Source of the DNA: an uncultured archaeon
Lineage (GTDB): Archaea; Thermoproteota; Bathyarchaeia; Bathyarchaeales; Bathycorpusculaceae
NCBI GenBank assembly: GCA_963782915.1
Contig: CAWALK010000022.1
Location: forward strand, 160,001-224,000
Length of the DNA: 64,000 nucleotides
Reading direction: 5' to 3'
Positions 52,591 to 62,006 of the stretch are shown here, piece by piece; the first letter of the stretch is position 1, and each line of letters opens with the position of its first letter. Made by a program: the position numbers and the translations under genes. The notes under the pieces are model-generated. The model was not told the origin of the DNA. It made no database searches and was given only the letters and a program-made list of their open reading frames with translations.

Positions 52591-54399
52591 ATGCAACCAC
52601 AGAATTCTCTTAACCACTCAATGGATAGCGCCAAAAAACATTACTCTTCACTGTTCTTTTTACCCTCATTCAAACGCGCAATCCTATCCATCACCGCCAT
52701 ATGCGCCATCGGCGTCAGCTTAACCGCATACGCGCTTTATCCAAGCATATACAGCGTAGCCTTAGGCATCTCATTATTCGTCATAACCGTAACCACCGAT
52801 TTGATAGTCAGTAAAGCAGTATTGAGAAACGACCCGATTTTTGTCATGCGCAGAACCTCCGCCATGTCCTTTTACTGCTGGCTACTCTGGCTCGCCTTTA
52901 TGGCATTAGGCGCAGGCTTAGGCTTCCTATTCGGCTCATGGATACTATGGGTTAAACTTACACTCATAGGATTCGCAGCAGTATTAACCCTGCGCATTAT
53001 GGTATTATCCGCAACATCGCTTGTTGCAAAATGGCGCCAAATAACCGCAGCGCTACTTCAACCAATCCTATGCATAGCGCTCCTGCTGGGTTTTTGGGCT
53101 AGCATCTCAACCTCCATAATCCAGCAAATCCTACCATACATAATCCTGTCACCAATAATCAGCTACGTAGCTGTCTACATTTTCCTACTATCCATAGACC
53201 GCTTGGGCAAAACCACCTATGGATTACCCGCTATGTCCCTGTTTCGAGCGTTCATACTAAACTGGGTAACCAACGCCAACGATCCACTAGAAAAACAACT
53301 CGAAGAACTCGGCCAGAACGCCGACATAGAAGTTAGTGTACTCAAGTTCGATGCCCAAAAACCCAAAGCCGCCATCATCATGCCACTCGTACATCCTGGA
53401 CCCTTCAAGAACATCGGCAGCAGCCTATTACCCTCACTTCTCAAGCATGGCTTCGAAAAAGAATACAGCTGCAATGCATGTACACCCTTGGGCATTTTGG
53501 GGCATGAACTCGATTTAGCTTCCCAAGCACAAAACCAAAAAATCCTCTCAGAAGTCCTATCGAAAGCAAAGTTTGACGCATCCTCTGCATTGGCTTCACC
53601 GTTTGTCCGCGCCAAAGACGGATGCGCCACTGCTTCATGCCAAATCTTCGGCGACACCGCATTCCTCTCATTCTCACTTGCACCGAAAACAACCGAGGAT
53701 TTACCCCAAGAATTAGGACGCGTAATAATCGAGGAAGCAAAACGGCTTGGCCTAAAGCATGCAGTTGTCGTTAATGCTCATAATGCATTGGATGATGTGG
53801 TTGATACTGATGAGCACTTAGCTGAGTTGGAGCGTGCTGCGTTTGCTGTTCTCAAAAAAGCGTCTGAGTTGCCAACTAAACCCTTCAAAGTCGGCGCTGC
53901 CTCTGTGTTTCCAGAATTCACTCAAAAGCAAGGCATGGGCACAGGTGGAATAACCGCAATCGTTGTTGAGGTTGAAAAACAGAAAACTGCCTACGTAATC
54001 ATCGACGGAAACAACATGATACCAAACCTTAGAGAGAAAATCCTGTCATCATTATCAGTTGCAGGCTTTGACGAGAGCGAAGTGTGCACCACTGACACTC
54101 ACGCCGTCAGCGCTTTAGTTACCGGAAGCCGTGGATACCATCCGGTCGGCGAAGCCATGAATCACGACCAACTCATCAGCTGCATCGGAGAAGCCACAAA
54201 ACAGGCAACAGGTAATCTTGAAGCTGCAAAAGCTGGCTGTGTCCAATTCGTGGTGTCACAGGTCCGAGTTATTGGTGAAGAACGGTTGAAATCAATTACA
54301 ACTCTGGTCGATAAGGCAATTATTAAAGCAAAAAAGGTTGCCCCCGTTGTTTTCGGTGTTGAGGGGTTGCTGTTTATTTTGATGCTGCTGCTCTTCTAG
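52591..54399 (+). CDS. DUF2070 family membrane protein
   Basis: N-terminal TMs, VHPGPF, HELD, NAHN, DGNN, TTDTH. Confidence 0.88.
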   Translation: MQPQNSLNHSMDSAKKHYSSLFFLPSFKRAILSITAICAIGVSLTAYALYPSIYSVALGISLFVITVTTDLIVSKAVLRNDPIFVMRRTSAMSFYCWLLWLAFMALGAGLGFLFGSWILWVKLTLIGFAAVLTLRIMVLSATSLVAKWRQITAALLQPILCIALLLGFWASISTSIIQQILPYIILSPIISYVAVYIFLLSIDRLGKTTYGLPAMSLFRAFILNWVTNANDPLEKQLEELGQNADIEVSVLKFDAQKPKAAIIMPLVHPGPFKNIGSSLLPSLLKHGFEKEYSCNACTPLGILGHELDLASQAQNQKILSEVLSKAKFDASSALASPFVRAKDGCATASCQIFGDTAFLSFSLAPKTTEDLPQELGRVIIEEAKRLGLKHAVVVNAHNALDDVVDTDEHLAELERAAFAVLKKASELPTKPFKVGAASVFPEFTQKQGMGTGGITAIVVEVEKQKTAYVIIDGNNMIPNLREKILSSLSVAGFDESEVCTTDTHAVSALVTGSRGYHPVGEAMNHDQLISCIGEATKQATGNLEAAKAGCVQFVVSQVRVIGEERLKSITTLVDKAIIKAKKVAPVVFGVEGLLFILMLLLF

Positions 54400-54935
54400 G
54401 CGCTCGGTTGTCTGCGTGGCTTTCTTTTCAATTCGGTACCGCAGATTTGGCATTCCTTAAACTTACTGTTTGCAGGGTACTGTTTGTGGCATGCGGGGCA
54501 GTAGCGTATCCACTCTAAGAGGCGTTTAATGCCAAAAGTAGCAAGCGCCAAAAACTCTATGCCCAACTGTTTCGCAACGTTTTGAATAGAGTAGTCATCG
54601 GTGACTATTTGGGGCGTGTAACCTTGTTCTTTGAGTTCAAGTGCAAGCGATAATAGTTGCATGTCGGCTTCAGAGAGCTTATGGGAATCGCCGACTTTGC
54701 ATGCTGAAGCTTTAGCGGCAACCGAAAACTCTTGAGTGGGTGATCTGACTTTTACTTTTCCGCTCTCAACAGCTGTTTGGAAACGCATTTTAACCATGCT
54801 GTTTCTAAGAATTTCTTCCTCAACTTTGGGCACAGTAACCTGCTCGGTGCTAGCGGCAAAGGGATCGTATCCTGCCAAAAAAGCGGATGTATCTAAAACG
54901 ACAACTCGGCGACATTGCTCGTTTGGTTCGTTCAT
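54396..54935 (-). CDS. nob1: Nob1-like PIN endonuclease
   Basis: VLDTSAF, LSEADM, TDDYSIQNVA, C-terminal Zn ribbon. Confidence 0.9.
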   Translation of the reverse strand: MNEPNEQCRRVVVLDTSAFLAGYDPFAASTEQVTVPKVEEEILRNSMVKMRFQTAVESGKVKVRSPTQEFSVAAKASACKVGDSHKLSEADMQLLSLALELKEQGYTPQIVTDDYSIQNVAKQLGIEFLALATFGIKRLLEWIRYCPACHKQYPANSKFKECQICGTELKRKPRRQPSA

Positions 54936-55771
54936 TCTGTTCCCTTAAAGAGCAATCTGTTGCGCAAGCGGTCATAGAAGTTGCTTTCAAACCGAATGAA
55001 CGAAGTCACGTTTTTGGAACGTGTTACCGTGACGGCTAGTTTGTCGGTGCTTATCATTTTGCGGTAATTGCCATCTATGAGTACAAGCATTTTTTCTGGG
55101 CGAAGCACATTGAAAGTTAAGGTTGAATCGGTTGGGAATACTAGTGAATGGAATACAGTTAAGGAGCAAATCGGTGTCAACACGAAGGCGTCTACTTCGG
55201 AATCCAGCACTGGACCGCCGGCTGATAGTGAGTAGCCTGTTGAGCCGGTTTGGGTGCCGATGATTAATCCGTCAGCTTGACATTTCAGGATTGGTCTGTT
55301 GTTTTTGCAGATTTCTGCATATAGGATCTTGGATGGTTCCCCGGTAGATATTACTACGTCGTTTAAGGCGTCTGGGAGGGCTTCTTTGCCGGCTGTAACT
55401 GCCATTTTGGTTGATTTTTCTATTTTGTAGTCGCCTTTTAGGGTGCGTTCGATTGCTTCGTAGGCGTATTGTGGTTCTACTTCGGTTAAAAATCCTCTAA
55501 CGCCCATGTTGATTGTTAGAATGGGTGGTTCCGGTTTGGGTACGGATATGGCGGTTCGCAGTATGGTGCCGTCGCCGCCGATGGTTATTATAAAATCGGT
55601 TTTCATTTTGCAGAGTGGAATAAATTCTTCTTTGCAAGAAACGAGGTTAGCGAGGGAGTCTTCTATGTAAACCTTCAAGCCCTTCTTGGTTAGGAACTCC
55701 GCTAGCTCCTCAGTGAGCTTTAATGCCGGTTTTTGGTCAAAGCGGCTGACTAAACCTACGGTTTTAAACAC
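54932..55771 (-). CDS. nadK: NAD kinase
   Basis: GGDGTIL, GFL, LNDV, DGLII..QTGSTGYSLSAGGP. Confidence 0.93.
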   Translation of the reverse strand: MFKTVGLVSRFDQKPALKLTEELAEFLTKKGLKVYIEDSLANLVSCKEEFIPLCKMKTDFIITIGGDGTILRTAISVPKPEPPILTINMGVRGFLTEVEPQYAYEAIERTLKGDYKIEKSTKMAVTAGKEALPDALNDVVISTGEPSKILYAEICKNNRPILKCQADGLIIGTQTGSTGYSLSAGGPVLDSEVDAFVLTPICSLTVFHSLVFPTDSTLTFNVLRPEKMLVLIDGNYRKMISTDKLAVTVTRSKNVTSFIRFESNFYDRLRNRLLFKGTE

Positions 55772-55884
55772 TATTCCACCGCTGTGTAATATCCGTGAAG
55801 CTTAGTCTATATTAACGTTCGTTGCAAGTGGGATTGGTTTTTCAGGTTGCTGTAGAGAAGCTTTTGGATTATAATCAAGCCGGT

Positions 55885-56123
55885 GGGCTTTGGGGTCGCT
55901 TGCGACTTTTTTCTTTATCCCCCTTATTTATAGGCTCAACAATTGCAGGGTGGCGGCTTTGGGTGTTGCACGTTTGTTAGCACGCTTTTCTGGCGGCTCA
56001 GAGTTTGTGGAGTTTGGCGTTGGGTTTTTGTGCAGTTGTTTTCGGGTAGGTGTGTCTGGTTGATGCTTTCGTATACAGAAAACGTTTTGTTGCTCTGTGA
56101 GACCTCCCCTCCCCTTATATAAA
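55885..56123 (-). repeat. Dispersed intergenic repeat copy
   Basis: Reverse complement TTGTTGAGCCTATAAATAAGGG matches 34177-34198; GTTGATGCTTTCGTATACAGAAAACG at 56059-56084 equals 33775-33800. Confidence 0.78.
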
Positions 56124-56256
56124 GAAGCAATTAGGTGCATTTGGCTGTTTTAGCGCTTGTTTTAGTGATGACTGCTTAGTTCGCTTTTTATACAAGCCAG
56201 CGGTAACAACTAAACTGTATAATCGGTGGGTAAAGAGTATCATCAAAAATCAGGGA

Positions 56257-57360
56257 TTGGGCTTCGCAGTTAAAACAGCAATAATTCTGCTAATAGGCTG
56301 TCTAATTCTCGAAGCTTCATCGCTACTTGGCTTCTCAACTGGATTAACCTCAATTTTTCCAGCATACGCCCAAATCGTCCTTATAGGTCTCCTCATCATC
56401 CTCATAGCCTTCAGCCTCATCGGTTTAGCAACAAACAAAAAGATCGCCTCCTATTCAACGCTGGTAACTTCCGTTGCTACCCTCGGGTTAAGCATAGCTT
56501 CCTTTGCCTTCAATTACATTAACAACCAAACCAGTTTCAATTCGATAGTTACCCTCTCAGTTTGGGCACTACTAAGTATAACCTTAATCATCAGCATCTT
56601 AAAATCAGTCCCAGAACCAAAAATCCCCATAGCAACCCAAACCTCAGGCACTGGCTCCTATGCAATTCAAACAATCGACGCCAACAAAAAATATGTCCTA
56701 GGCGGCTCAAACGTAGTGTCAGCCGTAAAAGACCTCAACTTAATTATCAAAAAAGGCGAATTCGTAGCAATAATGGGTCCCTCAGGCAGCGGAAAATCAA
56801 CGCTTCTAAACCTGCTGGGCGCTCTAGACAAACCCTCCTCCGGGCAAATTCTAATCGATGGAGTAAACATTTCAAACCTCAACGAAAACGAACTTGCCAA
56901 ATTGCGAAATGAAAAGTTAGGGTTTGTCTTCCAAGCATACAATTTGATTGCCCGATCAAGCGTAACCCGTAACATGGAATTGCCCGCCTTCGTTAAAGGC
57001 TACTCAAAAGAGGAAAGGGCAGAAAAAATCAGTTATCTCCTAAACATGGTTGGGTTAAATAGCAAAGCCCCCGTTAAACCCAAAACACTTAGCGGCGGTG
57101 AACAACAACGCATCGCCATCTGCCGTGCACTCATTAATGATCCAGAAATAATTCTGGCAGATGAACCGACTGGAAACTTGGATTCCAAGACAGGGCAAGC
57201 AATCATGGAGTTCTTCAGAAACCTTAACTCCGAAAAGAAGACAACAATCGTAATTGTCACCCATGACCCAGAAGTTGCTAAGAAAACCGATAGAATAATT
57301 TATTTCAGAGATGGAACCATTCTAAAAGAAGAAATAACAAGCGCTGGTATACTTGCATGA
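56257..57360 (+). CDS. ABC transporter ATPase (LolD/MacB-like) with N-terminal 4-TM extension
   Basis: GPSGSGKS, LSGGEQQR, ILADEPTGNLD; first ~115 aa hydrophobic. Confidence 0.9.
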   Translation: MGFAVKTAIILLIGCLILEASSLLGFSTGLTSIFPAYAQIVLIGLLIILIAFSLIGLATNKKIASYSTLVTSVATLGLSIASFAFNYINNQTSFNSIVTLSVWALLSITLIISILKSVPEPKIPIATQTSGTGSYAIQTIDANKKYVLGGSNVVSAVKDLNLIIKKGEFVAIMGPSGSGKSTLLNLLGALDKPSSGQILIDGVNISNLNENELAKLRNEKLGFVFQAYNLIARSSVTRNMELPAFVKGYSKEERAEKISYLLNMVGLNSKAPVKPKTLSGGEQQRIAICRALINDPEIILADEPTGNLDSKTGQAIMEFFRNLNSEKKTTIVIVTHDPEVAKKTDRIIYFRDGTILKEEITSAGILA

Positions 57361-58970
57361 AAGTACAATATAAAAAATTAATCGTATTAGCAGTTCTACT
57401 GCAACTATTATGTTTTGCATTTATAATTCCCGTTCAAAGCCAAGTAACTGTTCCCATGCAAGTTAACCGGGCAGTTTGGGGTGAGAGCCTTAACTCTCCC
57501 ATAAAAGTTTACCCCGGTGATGAGGGAGTTTCTTTTATGGTGGAAATGCAAAATTTAGGTGAATCCTATACATTAAAAGGCATTTCAGGCATTTTGCAGC
57601 TTGAGAATACATCGTTTACGGACATCTATGGAAACACCAATGCAACCGCAACTGGTGCACCCACAATAGGTGACCTACTAAACCCATCTGACCAAGTAGC
57701 ATCCTTGGGATTCTTCACTATGACTTTCCACTTGAACGTCAAAGAGGATGCCCTGCCAGCGTCGTATATGTTGAATTTGCTGGTTAATTATTCATACAAT
57801 ACATTATTCTCTTATACCAAAGGAGTTACGCAAGCTCTCAACGTAACCTGCGCTGTATCTTCCACAGCAACAACAGTTTCATTATCAGCGTCTCCGGCTA
57901 AACTAGACAATGGCGAACAAGTCAAATTGTCAGGCAGCCTTCAACCCGCCAAGGAAAATGCTAACATAAACTTGGCTTTCCAAGACCCCAACGGAAACAA
58001 ATTTAACCAAACTGCAACAACCAAATTCGACGGTTCCTTCAACTATTCCTATACCCCTAAAACCGCTGGTTACTGGACAGTCAACGCCAGCTGGGCAGGC
58101 GACACTCAAAACAAGGGCAGTTCAGCTACAACATCCTTCGAAGTGCATCTACCCATTTCCTTAGCGCTATCTGTTTCTAATGACCGCATAAAGGCAGGCT
58201 ACGACAACCAACTTAACCTAACACTGAAGAATGATGGCAAAGTCGCTTTCTCTTCACTTAACTTCTCCTATACTGTACCTCCACCGTTAGTATCATCGGG
58301 CAAAAGCCAATGGCTCCTTAACTCTCTTGATGCAGGCAAAAACTTCTCTGTCCCAATCGTGCTCTATGCCCCGTTTGCATCCGTTGGAAACACTTACAGC
58401 AGCAACTTCATAGTAACCTGCAAAGACGATTATGGTCAAATGCAGAGTTACCAATTCACAGTTGGCTTAGTAATTGTTGGCAACGTAGAATTAGGAGTAT
58501 ACGACAGCGTTGTTAAACCACAAATCGCAATCAACGGTTCAGAGGTTGAAATAACCACGACGCTTCTTAATCGAGGCACCGTCCCAGCTATATATGTTAA
58601 CGCATCCATCCTGCCCAACGCCATCTTAGATTTGTCATCTCTAAGCTCAGTATACATCGGCGACGTAGATGAAAACTCACAAGCCCCCTTCACATTAGCT
58701 GCAAACGTTAACAAAGACGCCCAAAACGGCACTTACCCAATCACTATGAGAATCGACTACAGAAACGACCAAAACCTAGACAACTCATTCAACTACACCT
58801 TCAACCTCCAGGTAACAACCAATACCCAATCAGACACAATCAAAAACGATGCAGCTGGATATCCAGAAATCGGTTTAGTAGTAGCCATAATTGCAGTCGC
58901 AGCATGCTTAATCGTGTTAGCTTATCGCAGACAAGTCAATAAAAGCAAAAAAATCAGGGCAAACCGATGA
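57357..58970 (+). CDS. COG1361-like S-layer/Ig-fold exported protein with C-terminal TM
   Basis: Signal peptide, beta-rich Ig-like repeats, C-terminal TM plus basic tail; sits in an ABC operon. Confidence 0.75.
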   Translation: MKVQYKKLIVLAVLLQLLCFAFIIPVQSQVTVPMQVNRAVWGESLNSPIKVYPGDEGVSFMVEMQNLGESYTLKGISGILQLENTSFTDIYGNTNATATGAPTIGDLLNPSDQVASLGFFTMTFHLNVKEDALPASYMLNLLVNYSYNTLFSYTKGVTQALNVTCAVSSTATTVSLSASPAKLDNGEQVKLSGSLQPAKENANINLAFQDPNGNKFNQTATTKFDGSFNYSYTPKTAGYWTVNASWAGDTQNKGSSATTSFEVHLPISLALSVSNDRIKAGYDNQLNLTLKNDGKVAFSSLNFSYTVPPPLVSSGKSQWLLNSLDAGKNFSVPIVLYAPFASVGNTYSSNFIVTCKDDYGQMQSYQFTVGLVIVGNVELGVYDSVVKPQIAINGSEVEITTTLLNRGTVPAIYVNASILPNAILDLSSLSSVYIGDVDENSQAPFTLAANVNKDAQNGTYPITMRIDYRNDQNLDNSFNYTFNLQVTTNTQSDTIKNDAAGYPEIGLVVAIIAVAACLIVLAYRRQVNKSKKIRANR

Positions 58971-60199
58971 ATCCTCTCCAGATTGCACGCCTATCCCTTG
59001 AAGCCCTAAAAGAGCGACGCGTCCGTACAGCACTCACTATCCTCATGGTTATCATGGGTGCAAGCCTACTAGTCGCCATAAACGGTACAGGCAACGGATT
59101 TACCAACTTCGTCGATGACCAGTTTAGCTCGTTGGGCGCAAACGTCCTTATTTTGACTCCTCGAAGCGAAAGCATTACCATCAACGATAACCTTGCCAGC
59201 CGAATTTCCACAATTGAAGGGGTTCAAGAAACCGTCCCCTACGTTCAGCAAATCACCACCTTGCGTTCGCAGGGCACTGACCAGACAACCATAGTGCAGG
59301 GTATCGAGCAGACAAAACTTCCTTTGCTGTTCCCAACTTTAGCCTTCGATTCTGGTTCATTCGTAACAGAAACAGACAATGTCGGCGTAGTTTTAGGCAA
59401 CGAATTATCACGTTTACCGGACAAAAGCGGAGTTTTCGCCAGCCAAGGCGGAACCGTCACAGTTGTCTACCAAGGATACGAAAACCAAAAACCTACCAAA
59501 ATCGAAAAATCTTTCGTCGTGCGAGGGCAACTAAGCTACATTGGCAGCGCCGTTATCCCAGCCGACCAAATGTCTTTTATTTCAACGCCTTCAGCACAAA
59601 AACTATTCAACCGCGCCGACAGCTATGATGGACTCTACGTTATCGCCCAAACCCCAGAAATGAATGAAGCCGTACTCGATAGAATCCGCGAACAATACGG
59701 CAACGACTTAGTTATTATTTCACCCCAAACAGTCTCTAAAACTATCGGACAAATTACCAGTGGGGTTTATCTTTTCATCAGTTTGGTAGCGCTTGTTTCC
59801 TTATTGGTCGCTTCAGTCGGAATCGTGACGACCCTTCAAACCTCCGTGATGGAACGTGTCAAAGAGATTGGTTTGCTTAAGGCTCTGGGCTATGACCAAC
59901 GGTTGATTCTAAGTTTATTCCTCTTCGAAGCACTAATCATAGGCATCATAGGCGGGGTGATAGGTGTATTTCTAGGCATTGGGCTCTCACATGGCATGAG
60001 CGCAATCCTTGGGCAGAACATCAAAATCCAACCAAACAGCGTTGGACCTGGTCTTCAGGTACAGATCATCCCAAGTTTCGATGCTTGGTACATAGTTTTC
60101 ACCTGGGGCTTATGCGTCTGCTTAAGCGTACTATCAGGCTTGTACCCATCTTGGAGAGCATCACGCTTAGACCCTGTAGTAGCACTGAAAACTGAGTAA
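58967..60199 (+). CDS. ABC transporter permease (MacB/FtsX family)
   Basis: RTALTIL, SVMERVKEIGLLKALG, GLYPSWRASRLDPVVAL. Confidence 0.92.
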   Translation: MNPLQIARLSLEALKERRVRTALTILMVIMGASLLVAINGTGNGFTNFVDDQFSSLGANVLILTPRSESITINDNLASRISTIEGVQETVPYVQQITTLRSQGTDQTTIVQGIEQTKLPLLFPTLAFDSGSFVTETDNVGVVLGNELSRLPDKSGVFASQGGTVTVVYQGYENQKPTKIEKSFVVRGQLSYIGSAVIPADQMSFISTPSAQKLFNRADSYDGLYVIAQTPEMNEAVLDRIREQYGNDLVIISPQTVSKTIGQITSGVYLFISLVALVSLLVASVGIVTTLQTSVMERVKEIGLLKALGYDQRLILSLFLFEALIIGIIGGVIGVFLGIGLSHGMSAILGQNIKIQPNSVGPGLQVQIIPSFDAWYIVFTWGLCVCLSVLSGLYPSWRASRLDPVVALKTE

Positions 60200-60370
60200 T
60201 CAGCAAATTTTCTCTTTTTCTTGACCCAAAACAGGGTTAACCGCCTGATTTTTAGGTGTAAACAAGCGCAGAAGTTGCAGATGTTTACTCATATGCCCAA
60301 AAATTAATGCATATCTATATATGGGTGTTATTCAAAATGCATTGAGTAGAACCAAAAATGTGGTGAATGT

Positions 60371-60763
60371 ATGAGCAGACCAGTAGATGTCGGAGAATTA
60401 CGCGTTGGCGGTTACATGATGATCGATGGCGAACCCTGCCGCATAATGGACATTTCAAAATCCAAACCAGGCAAACACGGTTCAGCCAAAGCCAGAATCG
60501 TAGCCATAGGCGTCTTTGACAATCAAAAAAGACAATTCGTCAAACCAGTTGACCTCGGCGCAGAAATTCCAATCATCGACAAAAGAGCCGGACAAGTCTT
60601 CTCAGTTAACCCGAACGGCGTGCAGATTATGGACCTAGAAACTTACGAGTACATAGACGCTCCATATCCTGAAGAAGAAGAACTTAAAGCCAAATTGCTC
60701 GCCGGCACTGAAATCGAGTACTGGAAGATTCTTGGTAAAGTAAAAATCGTAAGAGCAAAATAG
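60371..60763 (+). CDS. eif5a: Translation factor aIF5A
   Basis: SKPGKHGSAK hypusine motif. Confidence 0.96.
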   Translation: MSRPVDVGELRVGGYMMIDGEPCRIMDISKSKPGKHGSAKARIVAIGVFDNQKRQFVKPVDLGAEIPIIDKRAGQVFSVNPNGVQIMDLETYEYIDAPYPEEEELKAKLLAGTEIEYWKILGKVKIVRAK

Positions 60764-60986
60764 TTTAAGTTAACTTTTTTGTTTTTTCTTCAATTCTTTT
60801 TACTACTATTATTCATATACCCCTGATCTTTCTTTAAATCGGAAAATATTTGGAAAAGTACTCACGATAGGTGAGTGCATCTTATTAGCTGATTGAGATA
60901 GTTTCCCTACTGATTGATGTAGAAAACTTCGATCTTTGGACTGAGGCAGGGAAAGCGGCATTATTACAGACCAAATAATTGACACT

Positions 60987-61760
60987 ATGGCGGACCTAGG
61001 TCTTACTTTAGTGCAGGCTAGAATATACACGGTATTGGCAAAATCAGGAATTCTAACCGCTAGAGCTACAGCAAAAAATGCAAAAGTAGCCCCCCAAGAC
61101 ATCTATCGTATATTAAATGAACTATCGGAAAAAGGCTTAGTAGAAAGAATCATTGACAAACCAACCCGATATATGGCTATGCCCTTAGAAGAAGGCCTTA
61201 ACTTACTATTAAAACGCAGAAAAGAAAAAATCGTAGACTTGGAAAAAACAGTAGTACAATTATCGGAATTATCGAAAGCTTTCCCCGGCATATCTGAAGA
61301 AAAGATAGGGGGCTTTATCATCATTCCGGAAAAAGAGTCTATAGAAAAAATGGTTAACAAAATTTTTAACACCGCAAAAGTTAGCATCGACATGATCAAT
61401 GACATGCCCGAGGTTCTAATTGCCCACGACAAGCATCTAGAACCCAAACGTAGAGCCCTCAAAAACGGTGTTAAAATCCGAGATATACTGTGTCTTCAAA
61501 GAGGCGAATCGCCCTTGCCCAAAGGCTTTATAGATTTTTTGAAAGAAAACCAAAACATCTTTATTAAAAGCACAAAAATAACAGCACCTATAAAATTAAT
61601 AATCAAAGACAAATCAGAATTGTTCATGTCTACTATCATTAAGTCCGATACTTTGTCTCAGCCTTTCTTATGGTCGAACAATGAGGTATTACTGCATATG
61701 GCTCAACAATGGTATGACCGTATGTGGCTGGAAGCAAACGGTGATATAACAGCTTTGTAG
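60987..61760 (+). CDS. TrmB-family transcription regulator
   Basis: LGLTLVQARIY...DIYRILNELSEKGLV...PTRY, WSNN; may start upstream at ATT near 60960. Confidence 0.9.
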   Translation: MADLGLTLVQARIYTVLAKSGILTARATAKNAKVAPQDIYRILNELSEKGLVERIIDKPTRYMAMPLEEGLNLLLKRRKEKIVDLEKTVVQLSELSKAFPGISEEKIGGFIIIPEKESIEKMVNKIFNTAKVSIDMINDMPEVLIAHDKHLEPKRRALKNGVKIRDILCLQRGESPLPKGFIDFLKENQNIFIKSTKITAPIKLIIKDKSELFMSTIIKSDTLSQPFLWSNNEVLLHMAQQWYDRMWLEANGDITAL

Positions 61761-62006
61761 GTTGGATTCGGGTTGACTGCATTACTAATTAATGCGAGAT
61801 TTTATGATTTTTTCATAGATTGCGAATATTATTAATGTAAAAGAATTTACCTAATTTAGCCAAAAATTTGGTTTTTAGTGGTTTTTTAGGAACTAATATT
61901 GGATAACCGTTTGGCGTTTGGCTGGTAGTCGGAACCTACTACAGTGCTACCTTAAAAACAGATTGAACTAAAAAGAGTAGTTTATAAAATTAGGAAGAGA
62001 AAAAAA

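Noticed and set aside
51450-56114. GGGGAGGG motifs as polar KOPS-like sites
   Set aside because: They occur in both orientations on the same side of the origin and sit within larger repeats
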